DNA of 64,000 nt from Thermoanaerobaculia bacterium (GTDB lineage Bacteria; Acidobacteriota; Thermoanaerobaculia; UBA5066; Gp7-AA6): NCBI GenBank assembly GCA_036493875.1, contig DASXPB010000039.1, positions 25,313 to 89,312 of the forward strand, written 5' to 3'. A model generated the notes under the pieces. The model searched no databases, had not been told where the DNA came from, and saw only the letters and a program-made list of their open reading frames with translations. This document shows positions 43,871-54,836 of the stretch, piece by piece (positions within the stretch are counted from its first letter, which is position 1; the number at the start of each line of letters is the position of its first letter). The position numbers were made by a program, and so were the translations under genes.

Positions 43871-46278
43871 TCTCCGCACCCGGAGACGGCGGCGATCGCG
43901 AGGCCCTCGAGCTTCCCGTCGTCCTCCGCCTCATCGCATCCCTGGCTCGAACGCCGCCCGGAAGGGCGGCGGTTCTGTCTCTGGAGCCCGCCTTCTCGGA
44001 AGCCGAAGTCCGCCGGCGGCTCGAGGAGACGGGCGAGGCCGTCGCGTTCCAGATCCGCCACGGCCGGCTCCCGCTGGCGGGTCTCGAAGATCTCACCCCC
44101 GTGCTGGACGAGCTCGCGGGCCAGGGAGGGGTGGGCTCACCGGAGCAGTTTCGTCCGATCGTGCGCGCCGCGCGCGCGACGCAGGCGGTGCGCCGGAGCC
44201 TCGAACGCGCGGAGGGAGCGCACCTCGCCGAGCGCCGCCAGCGCCTGCCCGCGCTGGAGACGCTCCTCGCCGAGGCCGCGAAGCTCTTCGGCGCCGACGG
44301 CCTCCTCCGCGACGACGCCTCGCCCGAGCTCACGGCGATCCGCACCAGGCTGCGCCGGCGGCGCGGCGAGGTCTCGCGCGCGCTCGAGAAGCTCCTGGAC
44401 TCGCGGCGTGACGCCTTCGGCGACGCGGTCGTCGTCCTGCGCAACGACCGCTACTGCCTGCCCGTCCTCGCCTCGGCGCGCGGCCGCGTTCCCGGCATCG
44501 TGCACGACCGCTCCGGCTCCGGCCAGACCGTCTTCGTCGAGCCGCTCGAGGTCATCGAGCCCAACAACGACCTCGCGCTGCTCGCCGCCGAGGAGAGGCG
44601 CGAGATCGAGCGGCTTCTGCGGCGATTCGGCGAGCTCGTGCTCTCGCGGGAGGAGGAGCTCCGGACCGCGTCGCACGAGCTCGCGGAGCTCGATGCGCTC
44701 GAGGCGAAGGTCGCGTTCGGCGAGATGGGCGAGGGACGGTTGCCCGAGATCGCCGAGGACGGAAGCTGGACGCTCAAGGCCGCGCGCCATCCCCTGCTCG
44801 ACCGCCGGTTCGAGGCGCTGAGGCGCCGCGTGCTCGAGTCCGCGCGGGAAGGCCGCGACGCCGTGCCGCTCGACCTGGAACTGCCCGCCGACCGGAGACT
44901 CCTCGTCGTGTCGGGCCCCAACGCCGGCGGCAAGACCGTCGTGCTCAAGACCGCCGGCCTCTTCGCGATGCTCGCGCAGTGCGGGGTGCCGCTTCCCGCG
45001 GCCGCCGGCACGCGCGTGCCCGTCTTCCGCTCGATCCGCACCGAGATCGGCGACGCGCAGGCGATCCTCACGGATCGCTCGACGTTCTCGTCGTCGATGG
45101 AGATCCTGGCGGGGATCCTCTCCGACGCCCGGCCCGGGGCGCTCGCGCTGATCGACGAGATCGGCGGAGCGACCGATCCGGAGGAGGGCAGCGCTCTCGC
45201 GGTCGCGTTCCTCGAGGCGTATCTCGAGAGCGGCGGCCGCGCGATCGCGACGACCCACCTCGGCGCGATCAAGACGTTCGCCTCCTCGCGGCCGGACGCT
45301 CTCTGCGCGGCCATGGAGTTCGACGAGGAGACCGGGCGTCCGAACTACCGGCTGCATCCGGGGCTCGCGGGACGCAGCCGCGCCCTCTCGGTCGCGGAGG
45401 ACCGCGGCATCCCGGAGCGGGTCCTGGAGCGCGCGCGCGCGATCCTGGGAGAGGCGTGGCAGCGCCGCGAGAGCGCCGAGACGGAGGCCGAGCAGGCGCT
45501 CGAGCGGCTGCGGCAGGCCGAGCGAGACCTCGCGGCCCAGCGTGACGCCGCGCGCCGGGAGGCGGCGTCCCTGGAGGAGGAGAGGCGGCGCTTCGAGGCG
45601 GAGCGCTCGAAGATGCTGGCGGACGGGCTGGCGTCCTTCGAGCGAGCGCGCGCGGAGCTCGGGAAGCGCGTCCAGCAGGAGCTCGACGAGGCCCGCGCGG
45701 AAACCGCGCGCAGGTCGCAGCTGTCCGCGGCGCGGGTCCTCGAGGAGGCCGAGCGCGCCGTCGCACAGGAGAGGGCGCTCGCCGACGCCCGCGAGGCGCG
45801 GGAGGCGCGCGCCCTGACGGTCGAGCCCGGAAATCCCGCGCGCGTGCGGGGCCTCGGCGTCGAGGGCCGCGTGCTCTCCTTCGACGGCGACTGGGCCCAC
45901 ATGGAGATGCAGGGCAAGCGGCTGAGGGTGCGGCGCTCGGAGCTCGAGCCGGTCCGGGCCGCGGCGGGCAAGACCGGCAAGGCGAAGTCTCCCTCGCGCG
46001 GAACCGTCACGGCCCCTGCGCCAGACGCCGGTGGCGTCGTCCCCGAAGTCCACGTCATCGGCCAGCGCCTCGAGGAGGCCCTCGACGCCGTCGAGAAGGC
46101 GCTCGATCAGGCGATCCTGGCCGGCGCCTCGAGCCTCCGGGTCGTGCACGGGCACGGAACGGGCCGGCTCCGGGAGGGGATCCGAAAACAGTTCCGCGAG
46201 CATCGCGCCGTCGAGCGGCTCCGCGCCGGCGACCGAACCGAGGGCGGCAACGGCGCGACCGTTCTCGAACTGCGATAG
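43867..46278 (+). CDS. mutS2: Endonuclease MutS2 (MutS domain plus C-terminal Smr); start codon unresolved
   Basis: Walker [10 protein letters not shown], and Smr domain [15 protein letters not shown]...[13 protein letters not shown]. The frame is open from 43654, but there is no ATG/GTG/TTG between the rpsU stop and 44101 (see finding). Confidence 0.9.
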   Translation, partial: VISAPGDGGDREALELPVVLRLIASLARTPPGRAAVLSLEPAFSEAEVRRRLEETGEAVAFQIRHGRLPLAGLEDLTPVLDELAGQGGVGSPEQFRPIVRAARATQAVRRSLERAEGAHLAERRQRLPALETLLAEAAKLFGADGLLRDDASPELTAIRTRLRRRRGEVSRALEKLLDSRRDAFGDAVVVLRNDRYCLPVLASARGRVPGIVHDRSGSGQTVFVEPLEVIEPNNDLALLAAEERREIERLLRRFGELVLSREEELRTASHELAELDALEAKVAFGEMGEGRLPEIAEDGSWTLKAARHPLLDRRFEALRRRVLESAREGRDAVPLDLELPADRRLLVVSGPNAGGKTVVLKTAGLFAMLAQCGVPLPAAAGTRVPVFRSIRTEIGDAQAILTDRSTFSSSMEILAGILSDARPGALALIDEIGGATDPEEGSALAVAFLEAYLESGGRAIATTHLGAIKTFASSRPDALCAAMEFDEETGRPNYRLHPGLAGRSRALSVAEDRGIPERVLERARAILGEAWQRRESAETEAEQALERLRQAERDLAAQRDAARREAASLEEERRRFEAERSKMLADGLASFERARAELGKRVQQELDEARAETARRSQLSAARVLEEAERAVAQERALADAREAREARALTVEPGNPARVRGLGVEGRVLSFDGDWAHMEMQGKRLRVRRSELEPVRAAAGKTGKAKSPSRGTVTAPAPDAGGVVPEVHVIGQRLEEALDAVEKALDQAILAGASSLRVVHGHGTGRLREGIRKQFREHRAVERLRAGDRTEGGNGATVLELR

Positions 46279-46287
46279 GTTGACTCT

Positions 46288-48068
46288 TTGGCCTCCGACC
46301 TCGACATCAACGATCACGTTCTCGCGGAGCTGCGATCCGCCGCCGACATCGTGGACGTCATCGGGGATCACACCAAGCTCCGCAAGGCGGGCCGCTCATG
46401 GAAGGGACTCTGCCCGTTCCACAACGAACGAACACCGTCCTTCACGGTGGACCGGGACAAGGGGCTCTACCACTGCTTCGGCTGCGGAGTTGGCGGCGAC
46501 GTCATCCACTTCGTTCGCCAGATCGATCGGCTCGACTTCCCGGAGGCGGTCGAGGCGCTGGCCTCGCGCTTCGGGGTCACCATCCCGCGCCGGGAGCGCC
46601 ACGGACCGCGTCAGGAGCGGCGGGATCGCCTCTTCGAGGCCGTCGCGGCGGCGCAACGCCTCTACGCCGAGAGGCTGTCGCGCCCCGGCAACGCGGCCGC
46701 GAAATACCTCGACTCACGCAACGTCCCGCCGGAGCTGCGCCAGTCGCTCGGCCTCGGCCACGCGCCCGACGCATGGGACACCCTCGCGAAGACCCTCTCG
46801 GGCGCCTTCCCGGAGGACCTCCTGATCGAGGCAGGGCTGCTCCAGCCGCGCGCGGAGGCGAAGGGCGCCTATGACCGCTTTCGCGACCGGCTCCTCTTCG
46901 TCGTCAAGGACGAGCGCGGGCGGCCGGTCGGCTTCGGCGGCCGCGCGCTGTCGCCGGAGGGCGAGCCCAAGTACCTGAACTCTCCCGAGTCGCCGATCTT
47001 CTCCAAGAAGCGGCTGCTCTACGGACTCTTCGAGGCCCGCGAGGCGATCCGCAGAAGTGACCGCGTGGTCCTCGTCGAGGGTTACTTCGACCATCTGGCG
47101 CTCCTGCGCGCCGGCGTCCAGGAGACCGTGGCGTCGATGGGGACCGCCCTGACGCCGGAGCAGTCGGAGAGGCTGCGCCGGCTATGCCCGCGCGCCATCG
47201 TCTGCTACGACGGCGACTCGGCCGGGCGTCACGCGACGCGTGGCGCGCTGTCGCACCTCCTCGCCCTCGGGTTCGAGACGGCGGTCGCGAGGCTGCCGGG
47301 CGGCGAGGACCCCGACGACGTCCTCCAGCGGGAGGGACCGGCGGCCCTCTCCCGGGCGATCGAGGAGGCGCCGGACTCCCTGACCTGGCTGCTCGAGGAC
47401 GTGCGTCCGCACGAGCCGGGCCTCTCCTCGACCGAGAAGCGCGAGCGCGTGGGCGCGATCCTCTCGATCCTCACGGCGATCCCGGACCGAATCCTCCGTT
47501 ACGAGGAGTACCGCAAGGTCTCCGCCGCCGTCGCCGTCCCGGTAGACGTTCTCTGGGGAGCCGACAAGGCGAATCTCGAGTCCCCGAAAGTGCGTTCTTC
47601 AGGCGTGGGAACGCCCGGGAATGCCGGCGCGTTAACTGCTCCGGAGGCACCGTCGGCGGAGAGACGGCTCCTCAGGGCTCTGACGGCCGGTGGCGAGCGC
47701 ATCCCCTTCATTCTCAGCAATTTGAATGATGAGTTCCTCACCGACCCCAGGGTCAAGAGGGTGGTCGCAGCCTTCCGGGGGTCCTCCGGAGGATCGGAAG
47801 TGGTTGATTTTCAAGGCCAAATCGCAGACCTTACGGAGGAAGAGCGGACGTTTCTCTCTGGCATCGCGCTGGATGAATCACCCGAGCCGACCGAGAAGGG
47901 CGTCGATCAGCTCCTCAAGGACCTCGAAATCAGCCACTTGAAGGGAGAGAGCGCTGCGCTCCAGCAGGCCGTCAAGCGCGCGGAGGACGAGGGCTCCGGA
48001 GTCGACGAGCTGGTACGGCAGAAGCAGGGCATCGACAAACGCATCGCGCACTTACGATCGCGGAAAGG

Positions 48069-48072
<4 letters not shown>
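46288..48072 (+). CDS. dnaG: DNA primase
   Basis: Zinc ribbon [26 protein letters not shown] and a TOPRIM region ([16 protein letters not shown]). TTG start. Confidence 0.95.
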
Positions 48073-49769
<1,697 letters not shown>

Positions 49770-49805
49770 GGCTTGGCAAGCAGACCCCGTTTGTTATATT
49801 CAGAG

Positions 49806-49882
49806 GGGTCCATAGCTCAGCGGTCCAGAGCCACCGGCTCATAACCGGTCAGACCCCGGTTCGAATCCGGGTGGACCCACCA
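49806..49882 (+). tRNA. tRNA with CAT anticodon (elongator Met or Ile2; not initiator-like), CCA encoded
   Basis: Cloverleaf: acceptor GGGTCCA/TGGACCC, anticodon arm ACCGG-CTCATAA-CCGGT, T arm CCCGG-TTCGAAT-CCGGG. G1:C72 and the absence of a GGG/CCC anticodon stem argue against tRNA-fMet. Confidence 0.9.
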
Positions 49883-49949
49883 GGCAAGAGGTAAATTTGA
49901 GGCTTCTGATTCGAATTCGAACCCGTCATCGCCAATTGATCCTGAAACG

Positions 49950-49978
49950 AGGGTGTTCCACAACCGGAACACCCTTTT
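49950..49978 (+). terminator. Intrinsic terminator after rpoD and the tRNA
   Basis: AGGGTGTTCC-acaacc-GGAACACCCT forms a 10-bp stem followed by TTT. Confidence 0.6.
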
Positions 49979-49997
49979 CCATCTCCGGGGACAGGGG

Positions 49998-50711
49998 TTG
50001 AGCGACCTGCTCGCCCAGCTTTACCGCCTCCAGAGCCGGATCCGGTTCGTTCAGGAACGCGAGCGCAAGCGCGATACCGTCCCGGCGGAGCTCGTCGAGG
50101 TCGACCGCGAGTTCCAGGAGAAGGTCCAGGCGGTCGCGGACCTGAAGCAGCGTCTGACCCAGGCCGAGCTCGAGAAACGCAAGGCCGAGGGCGAGCTCGC
50201 AGATCATCGCGAGAAGCTGAAGAAGTACCAGACGCAGCTCCGCAGCGTGCAGTCGAGCCGCGAGTACAGCGCCGCGCTGAACGAGATCGACGCCGTCGAG
50301 AAGGCCATCCGCGCGACCGAGGACCGCTTCCTGGACCTCGAGGAGGAGATCGAGACGGCGAAGAAGGACCTCGAGACGCGGGAGGCGAGTCTCCCCGCCG
50401 AGACCGAGCAGCACGAGGAACGCCTCAAGGACTGGCGCAAGGAGCAGCGGGAGATCAACGACGAGCTCGTCGGCGCCCGCGAGGAGATCGTCCAGCTCGA
50501 GTCCGCGATCGCTCCCCGCGAGCGGGCCGAGTTCCGCCGGCTCATTGAGAAAAAACAGGGGGTCGCCGTGGCTCTCGTCGTCGGCGGGTCCTGCTCCGCG
50601 TGCCACGTGCGCATCCGCCCGGCCGCCATGCAGATTCTCAAGAACGCCCGCGAGATCGTCTACTGCGACACCTGCAAGCGGATCCTCTACTACGACCCGC
50701 ACAACTCGTGA
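49998..50711 (+). CDS. Coiled-coil zinc-ribbon protein (COG1579/DUF164-like)
   Basis: A long coiled coil ends in CSACHVRI...YCDTCKRILY. TTG 49998 is preferred because the track start (49953) lies inside the terminator hairpin. Confidence 0.8.
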   Translation: MSDLLAQLYRLQSRIRFVQERERKRDTVPAELVEVDREFQEKVQAVADLKQRLTQAELEKRKAEGELADHREKLKKYQTQLRSVQSSREYSAALNEIDAVEKAIRATEDRFLDLEEEIETAKKDLETREASLPAETEQHEERLKDWRKEQREINDELVGAREEIVQLESAIAPRERAEFRRLIEKKQGVAVALVVGGSCSACHVRIRPAAMQILKNAREIVYCDTCKRILYYDPHNS

Positions 50712-50782
50712 AACGTGAAATGTAAAACGTCAAACGAGGCTCGAACGGCTTCGTTTCACGATTCACGTTTTGCCTTTGACGG
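50707..50782. repeat. Lower-GC palindromic element: four CGTNAAA heptamers mirrored by four inverted heptamers
   Basis: CGTGAAA CGTGAAA TGTAAAA CGTCAAA, an 19-nt centre, then TTTCACG ATTCACG TTTTGCC TTTGACG. It starts on the stop codon of the zinc-ribbon gene. Confidence 0.65.
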
Positions 50783-50788
50783 ATTCCC

Positions 50789-51193
50789 GTGAGATTTCGC
50801 GCGCACATCGACGGCGCCGCGCGAGGTAACCCGGGTCCCGCCGGCGCGGGCGTCTTCGTGGAAGGGGAGGACGGCCTGCCTGCGGAGGAACACTTCGAGG
50901 CCCTCGGCCACGCGACCAACAACGTCGCCGAGTACCGCGCCCTCCTGCTGGCGCTGCGGCGTGCGCAGGAACGCGGCGCGTCGGAGGTCGCCATCGCCTC
51001 CGACAGCCTCCTCCTCGTGGAGCAGATGCGCGGCCGCTTCCGGGTCAAGGCCACGCATCTCCAGCCGCTCTTCGCCGAGGCCCTGCTGCGGGCGAAGGCG
51101 TTTCCGCGGTTCTCCATCCGCCACGTCCGCCGCGAGCAGAACGTGGAGGCCGACCGGCTCGCCAATCTCGGAGCCGACGCCAACCGGGGATGA
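50789..51193 (+). CDS. RNase H family protein (type 1, RVT_3-like)
   Basis: IDGAARGNPGPAGAG...NNVAEYRALLLALR...SDSLLLVEQM...REQNVEADRLAN carries the D-E-D-D pattern. GTG start. Confidence 0.85.
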   Translation: MRFRAHIDGAARGNPGPAGAGVFVEGEDGLPAEEHFEALGHATNNVAEYRALLLALRRAQERGASEVAIASDSLLLVEQMRGRFRVKATHLQPLFAEALLRAKAFPRFSIRHVRREQNVEADRLANLGADANRG

Positions 51194-51909
51194 CCGTTCC
51201 CTTCGACGCGATCGCGAAGCGCCGCGCCGCGATCCTCGCGGACATCGCGCGTGCCGCGGCGGTCGCGGGGCGGGATCCGTCGGCCGTCGCGCTGATGGCC
51301 GTCACGAAGGGTCAGTCCGCCGAAACCGTCGCGAACGGCGCGCAGGCGGGACTCACCCTCTTCGGCGAGAACCGCGTGCAGGAGGCGAGCGCCAAGATCG
51401 ACCGGCTCAAGTCGGCCTGGCCTCGGATCGAGTGGCGCCTGATCGGTCCTCTCCAGACCAACAAGGCCAGGACGGCGCTACAATACTTCCAAGTGTTGGA
51501 AAGCCTAGATCGGGAAAGACTTGCGACGCGACTGGAGTCGCTGCTCGCCGGAGAAGATCCCGCCCGCGTCTGGCCGGTCCTCCTGGAAGTCAACGTCGGG
51601 GGCGAGCCGACCAAGTCGGGCGTGACCGTGGAGGACGCCCCGCGCCTCCTCGAGGCCGCCCTCGCCTGCCCCCACCTCTCGGTCCGCGGCCTCATGGCCG
51701 TGCCGCCCTTCAGCGAGGACCCGGAGGCCTCGCGCCCGCATTTCCGCGCCCTCGTCAGATTGCGCGATGAGCTCTCGGCGCGCTTCGCGCGGCCGCTCCC
51801 CGAGCTCTCGATGGGAATGAGCCACGACTACGCGGTCGCCGTCGAGGAGGGCGCGACCGAGGTCCGCGTCGGGACGGCGCTCTTCGGCGCGCGCGAGGCC
51901 CAGCCTTGA
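51190..51909 (+). CDS. yggS: YggS family pyridoxal-phosphate homeostasis protein
   Basis: LMAVTKGQ, FGENRVQEA and WRLIGPLQTNKA. ATGA overlap with the RNase H gene. Confidence 0.9.
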   Translation: MTVPFDAIAKRRAAILADIARAAAVAGRDPSAVALMAVTKGQSAETVANGAQAGLTLFGENRVQEASAKIDRLKSAWPRIEWRLIGPLQTNKARTALQYFQVLESLDRERLATRLESLLAGEDPARVWPVLLEVNVGGEPTKSGVTVEDAPRLLEAALACPHLSVRGLMAVPPFSEDPEASRPHFRALVRLRDELSARFARPLPELSMGMSHDYAVAVEEGATEVRVGTALFGAREAQP

Positions 51910-52193
51910 ACGTCGGAGGCTCGGCGGCCGGAGCGGTGGTCGACATGATTCTCTACGCGCTCCAGGCGCTCCAGTGGATCGTGATCATCGCCGCGCTGAT
52001 CTCCTGGGTCAGCCCGGACCCGCGCAATCCGATCGTGCGGTTCCTGCACACGGTCACCGAGCCGCTCTTCCGTCCCTTTCGCAAGCTCATTCCGCCCTAC
52101 AAGACGGGCAATCTCGATCTCTCTCCCCTCTTCGTGATCCTGATCATCTTTCTGCTCTCTCGTTTCCTCGTCCGACTGGCAGCCGGGCTCTGA
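51906..52193 (+). CDS. yggT: YggT family membrane protein
   Basis: 95 aa with WIVIIAALISWVSPDPRNPIVRFLHTVTEPLFRPFR. TTGA overlap with yggS. Confidence 0.85.
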   Translation: MNVGGSAAGAVVDMILYALQALQWIVIIAALISWVSPDPRNPIVRFLHTVTEPLFRPFRKLIPPYKTGNLDLSPLFVILIIFLLSRFLVRLAAGL

Positions 52194-52210
52194 TCCACTC
52201 AGGAGGTTCC

Positions 52211-52726
52211 ATGCGACCCCGAACGACCCCGCTCGAGATTCAGAAGCGCGAGTTCTCACGCTCCTGGAAGGGCCTTGATCCCGTGGAGGTTCAGACGTTT
52301 CTGACCGACGTCGCCGAGGACATGGAGATGCTGGCGCGCGAGAACGCCGACCTCGGGACCCGGATCCGCGCGCTCGAGCAGGAGAACGACGAGCATCGCG
52401 AGCGCGAGCGCATCCTCAAGCAGACCCTCATGTCGGCGCAGCAGGCCTCCGAGGACATCCGCAACGCCGCGCGTCGCGAGGCGGAGCTGGTGGTGCGCGA
52501 GGCCCACGACTCCTCCGAGCAGTTGACGCATCACGCGCTGCAGCGCTCGGCCGAGATCGAGAAGGCGATCCACGAGCTGAAGATCCAGCGCAAGAACTTC
52601 AGGCTGACGCTGCAGAAATCCCTCGAGCTCTTCCACCAGGTCCTCGAGTTCGACCGCGAAGAGGACGAGAAGGACAAGCCGATGGCGTACCTGACGCGCA
52701 AGGCCGACACCGGCGACGCCCGCTGA
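52211..52726 (+). CDS. divIVA: DivIVA domain protein
   Basis: AGGAGG lies 4 nt upstream of ATG 52211. TPLEIQKREFSRSWKGLDPVEVQTFLTDVAEDME is followed by a coiled coil. Confidence 0.85.
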   Translation: MRPRTTPLEIQKREFSRSWKGLDPVEVQTFLTDVAEDMEMLARENADLGTRIRALEQENDEHRERERILKQTLMSAQQASEDIRNAARREAELVVREAHDSSEQLTHHALQRSAEIEKAIHELKIQRKNFRLTLQKSLELFHQVLEFDREEDEKDKPMAYLTRKADTGDAR

Positions 52727-52734
52727 GCTTCGAC

Positions 52735-52824
52735 GTCATCCCGAGGAGCGGAGCGACGAGGGATCCCGTGCTTTCTGCCCACGAGGCGACCGAGTCCGGG
52801 ATCCCTCGCTGCGCTCGGGATGAC
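52735..52824. repeat. Inverted pair of the GTCATCCCGAG...GAGGGATCCCG element
   Basis: A forward copy at 52735-52769 faces a reverse copy at 52797-52824. The pair starts 9 nt after the divIVA stop and ends 2 nt before the hutI GTG. Confidence 0.8.
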
Positions 52825-52826
52825 AT

Positions 52827-54095
52827 GTGAGCGACTCCCTCGAGATCCGCAACATCGGCCTACTCGCCACGCCGCTCGGGACGTCCGCGCGGCGGGGTCG
52901 AGAGCAGGGCGAGATCCTCCGCATTCCGAACGCCGCGGTCCGGGCCGAGAACGGGCGCCTCGTCTTCGTGGGAACCGAGCCCGAGTACGCGCGGGCGTAC
53001 GCGGGACGGCCGGCGGCGACCACGCTCGACGCGGCCGGGCGCGCCGTCATTCCAGGCCTCGTCGACGCGCACACGCATCCTGTGTGGCTGGGCGACCGCG
53101 GCGCCGAGATCGGCCGGCGCCTCGCCGGGGTCCCGTACGCCACGATTGCCGCCGAGGGCGGCGGCATCAACGCCACGGTCAGGGCCACGCGCGCCGGCAG
53201 CGACGAGGAGCTCCGGCATGCCGTGACCGGCCGGCTGGCCGCGATGCTCGCGCACGGGACGACGACGGCCGAGGCGAAGTCGGGCTATGGGCTGACCGAG
53301 GACGATGAGCTGAAGGCTCTGCGCCTGCTCGCAACGCTTTCGTCGGAGCCCGATCTGCCGCGGCTCGTCCCGACGCTTCTGGCGGCTCACGAGATCCCTC
53401 CGGAGTTTCGCGATAACCGCGAGGGCTGGGTGCGACTGATCGTCGAGCGCCTCGTGCCGCGCGTCGCACGCGAGGGGCTGGCGCGATTCTGCGACGTCTT
53501 CTGCGAGGACGGCGTCTTCACGGTGGAGGAGTCCCGGCGCATCCTGGAGGCGGCGCGGGAAGCCGGCCTCGGCCTGCGCGTCCACGCCGACGAGCTCGCC
53601 CTGTCGGGCGGCGCGATGCTCGCGGCGGAGCTTCGGGCCTCTTCGGCCGATCATCTGCTTTACATCGAATCCGTGGAGATCAGGGCGCTCTCGGTTTCGG
53701 GCACCGTGGCCGTCATCCTGCCGGGCACGGCTTGGTGGATGGGGTCGCGGTCGCGGCGAGTCGCCCCGGCCCGCGCCCTCATCGAGGCCGGCGTTCCGGT
53801 GGCGGTGGCCTCGGATGCCAATCCGGGGACCTGCTTCACGGAGTCGCTCGCCTCGGTGGCGGTCCATGCGTGCCTGGACTCCGCCCTCACGGTCGAGGAG
53901 ACCCTGACCGGGATGACGCTCAACGCGGCGGCGTCCCTGGGGCTGGCGCACGAGATCGGGTCGCTCGAGGTCGGAAAGTCGGCCGACCTCGTCCTGCTCG
54001 ACGCATCCGACGATCGGCACCTCATCTATCATTGGGGCGTCAACCTGACGGCCGCCGTCGTGTCGCGCGGCCGCCTGGCCTGGAGCCGCCCATGA
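52827..54095 (+). CDS. hutI: Imidazolonepropionase
   Basis: GLVDAHTHPVW, KSGYGL, RVHADELA and ASDANPG. Confidence 0.9.
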   Translation: MSDSLEIRNIGLLATPLGTSARRGREQGEILRIPNAAVRAENGRLVFVGTEPEYARAYAGRPAATTLDAAGRAVIPGLVDAHTHPVWLGDRGAEIGRRLAGVPYATIAAEGGGINATVRATRAGSDEELRHAVTGRLAAMLAHGTTTAEAKSGYGLTEDDELKALRLLATLSSEPDLPRLVPTLLAAHEIPPEFRDNREGWVRLIVERLVPRVAREGLARFCDVFCEDGVFTVEESRRILEAAREAGLGLRVHADELALSGGAMLAAELRASSADHLLYIESVEIRALSVSGTVAVILPGTAWWMGSRSRRVAPARALIEAGVPVAVASDANPGTCFTESLASVAVHACLDSALTVEETLTGMTLNAAASLGLAHEIGSLEVGKSADLVLLDASDDRHLIYHWGVNLTAAVVSRGRLAWSRP

Positions 54096-54721
54096 CGAAC
54101 TTCGGCAAACTCTCGCTCGATCAATTTCTCGATGCGCTCGCGTCGAACACGCCGACGCCCGGAGGCGGGACCGCCGCCGCGGTCGGAGGCGCAATGGGCG
54201 CTTCGCTCGCCGAAATGGTCGCTGCCCTGACTCTCTCGAAGGAAAAGTACGCCGCGTCGCACGACGCCGTCCGGCCGATCGCGGAGGCGGCGCGCGTAGC
54301 CCGCCAGGAGTTCGTGAGCCTCGCGAGCGAGGACTCCGAGGCCTACGAGTCCGTCGTCGCCGCGCGCCGGCTCCCGAAGGACACCGAGGAGCAGAAGGCC
54401 GAACGCGCGGAGAAGATCGCCGCCGCGAACAAGCACGCCTCGGAGGTGCCGATGCGCACCGCGCGGGCGGCGGTGCGGCTCCTGGCGGCGCTGCCCGACC
54501 TCGCCGCAAAGGGGAATCCCAATGCCATCTCGGACGCCGGCGCGGCGGCGCTGCTGCTCGACGCGTGCGTCGAGGCCGCCCTCCTGAACGTCGGGATCAA
54601 TCTCCCCGGAATCGAGGATGCGCGGTTCGTCGCGGAGATGCAGCGCGAGACGGCCGATCTCCAGGTCGAGTCGCAAAGATTGCGCTCGCAGGTGGTCGCG
54701 CTCGTCCGCAAGAGCTTCTAG
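54092..54721 (+). CDS. Cyclodeaminase/cyclohydrolase family protein (FTCD C-terminal domain-like)
   Basis: LASNTPTPGGGTAAAVGGAMGASLAEMVA, and helical throughout. ATGA overlap with hutI. Confidence 0.85.
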   Translation: MTNFGKLSLDQFLDALASNTPTPGGGTAAAVGGAMGASLAEMVAALTLSKEKYAASHDAVRPIAEAARVARQEFVSLASEDSEAYESVVAARRLPKDTEEQKAERAEKIAAANKHASEVPMRTARAAVRLLAALPDLAAKGNPNAISDAGAAALLLDACVEAALLNVGINLPGIEDARFVAEMQRETADLQVESQRLRSQVVALVRKSF

Positions 54722-54794
54722 GGCGCTTGGGCGCAGTCGCATCTGACTCACCCGGTTCCGTTTAGCGCGCGAACGACATCGCCGCAGAATTCTG

Positions 54795-54823
54795 TTGACA
54801 GGCCCGTGCCCGTTTGTTAGTCT
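54795..54823 (+). promoter_or_regulatory. Sigma-70-like promoter motif (function uncertain)
   Basis: TTGACA, a 17-nt spacer, then TAGTCT, in an unusually A/T-containing patch 14 nt upstream of the terminator hairpin. Confidence 0.35.
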
Positions 54824-54836
54824 AGCTTTATTGGAT

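Noticed and set aside
44137-46371. 744-aa minus-strand ORF antisense to mutS2
   Set aside because: The same shadow-ORF pattern, and MutS2 motifs (Walker A, Smr) lie on the plus strand.
49953-49997. Track start codon for the zinc-ribbon coiled-coil gene
   Set aside because: The first 9 codons lie inside the 10-bp-stem terminator hairpin that follows the tRNA. An in-frame TTG at 49998 avoids it.
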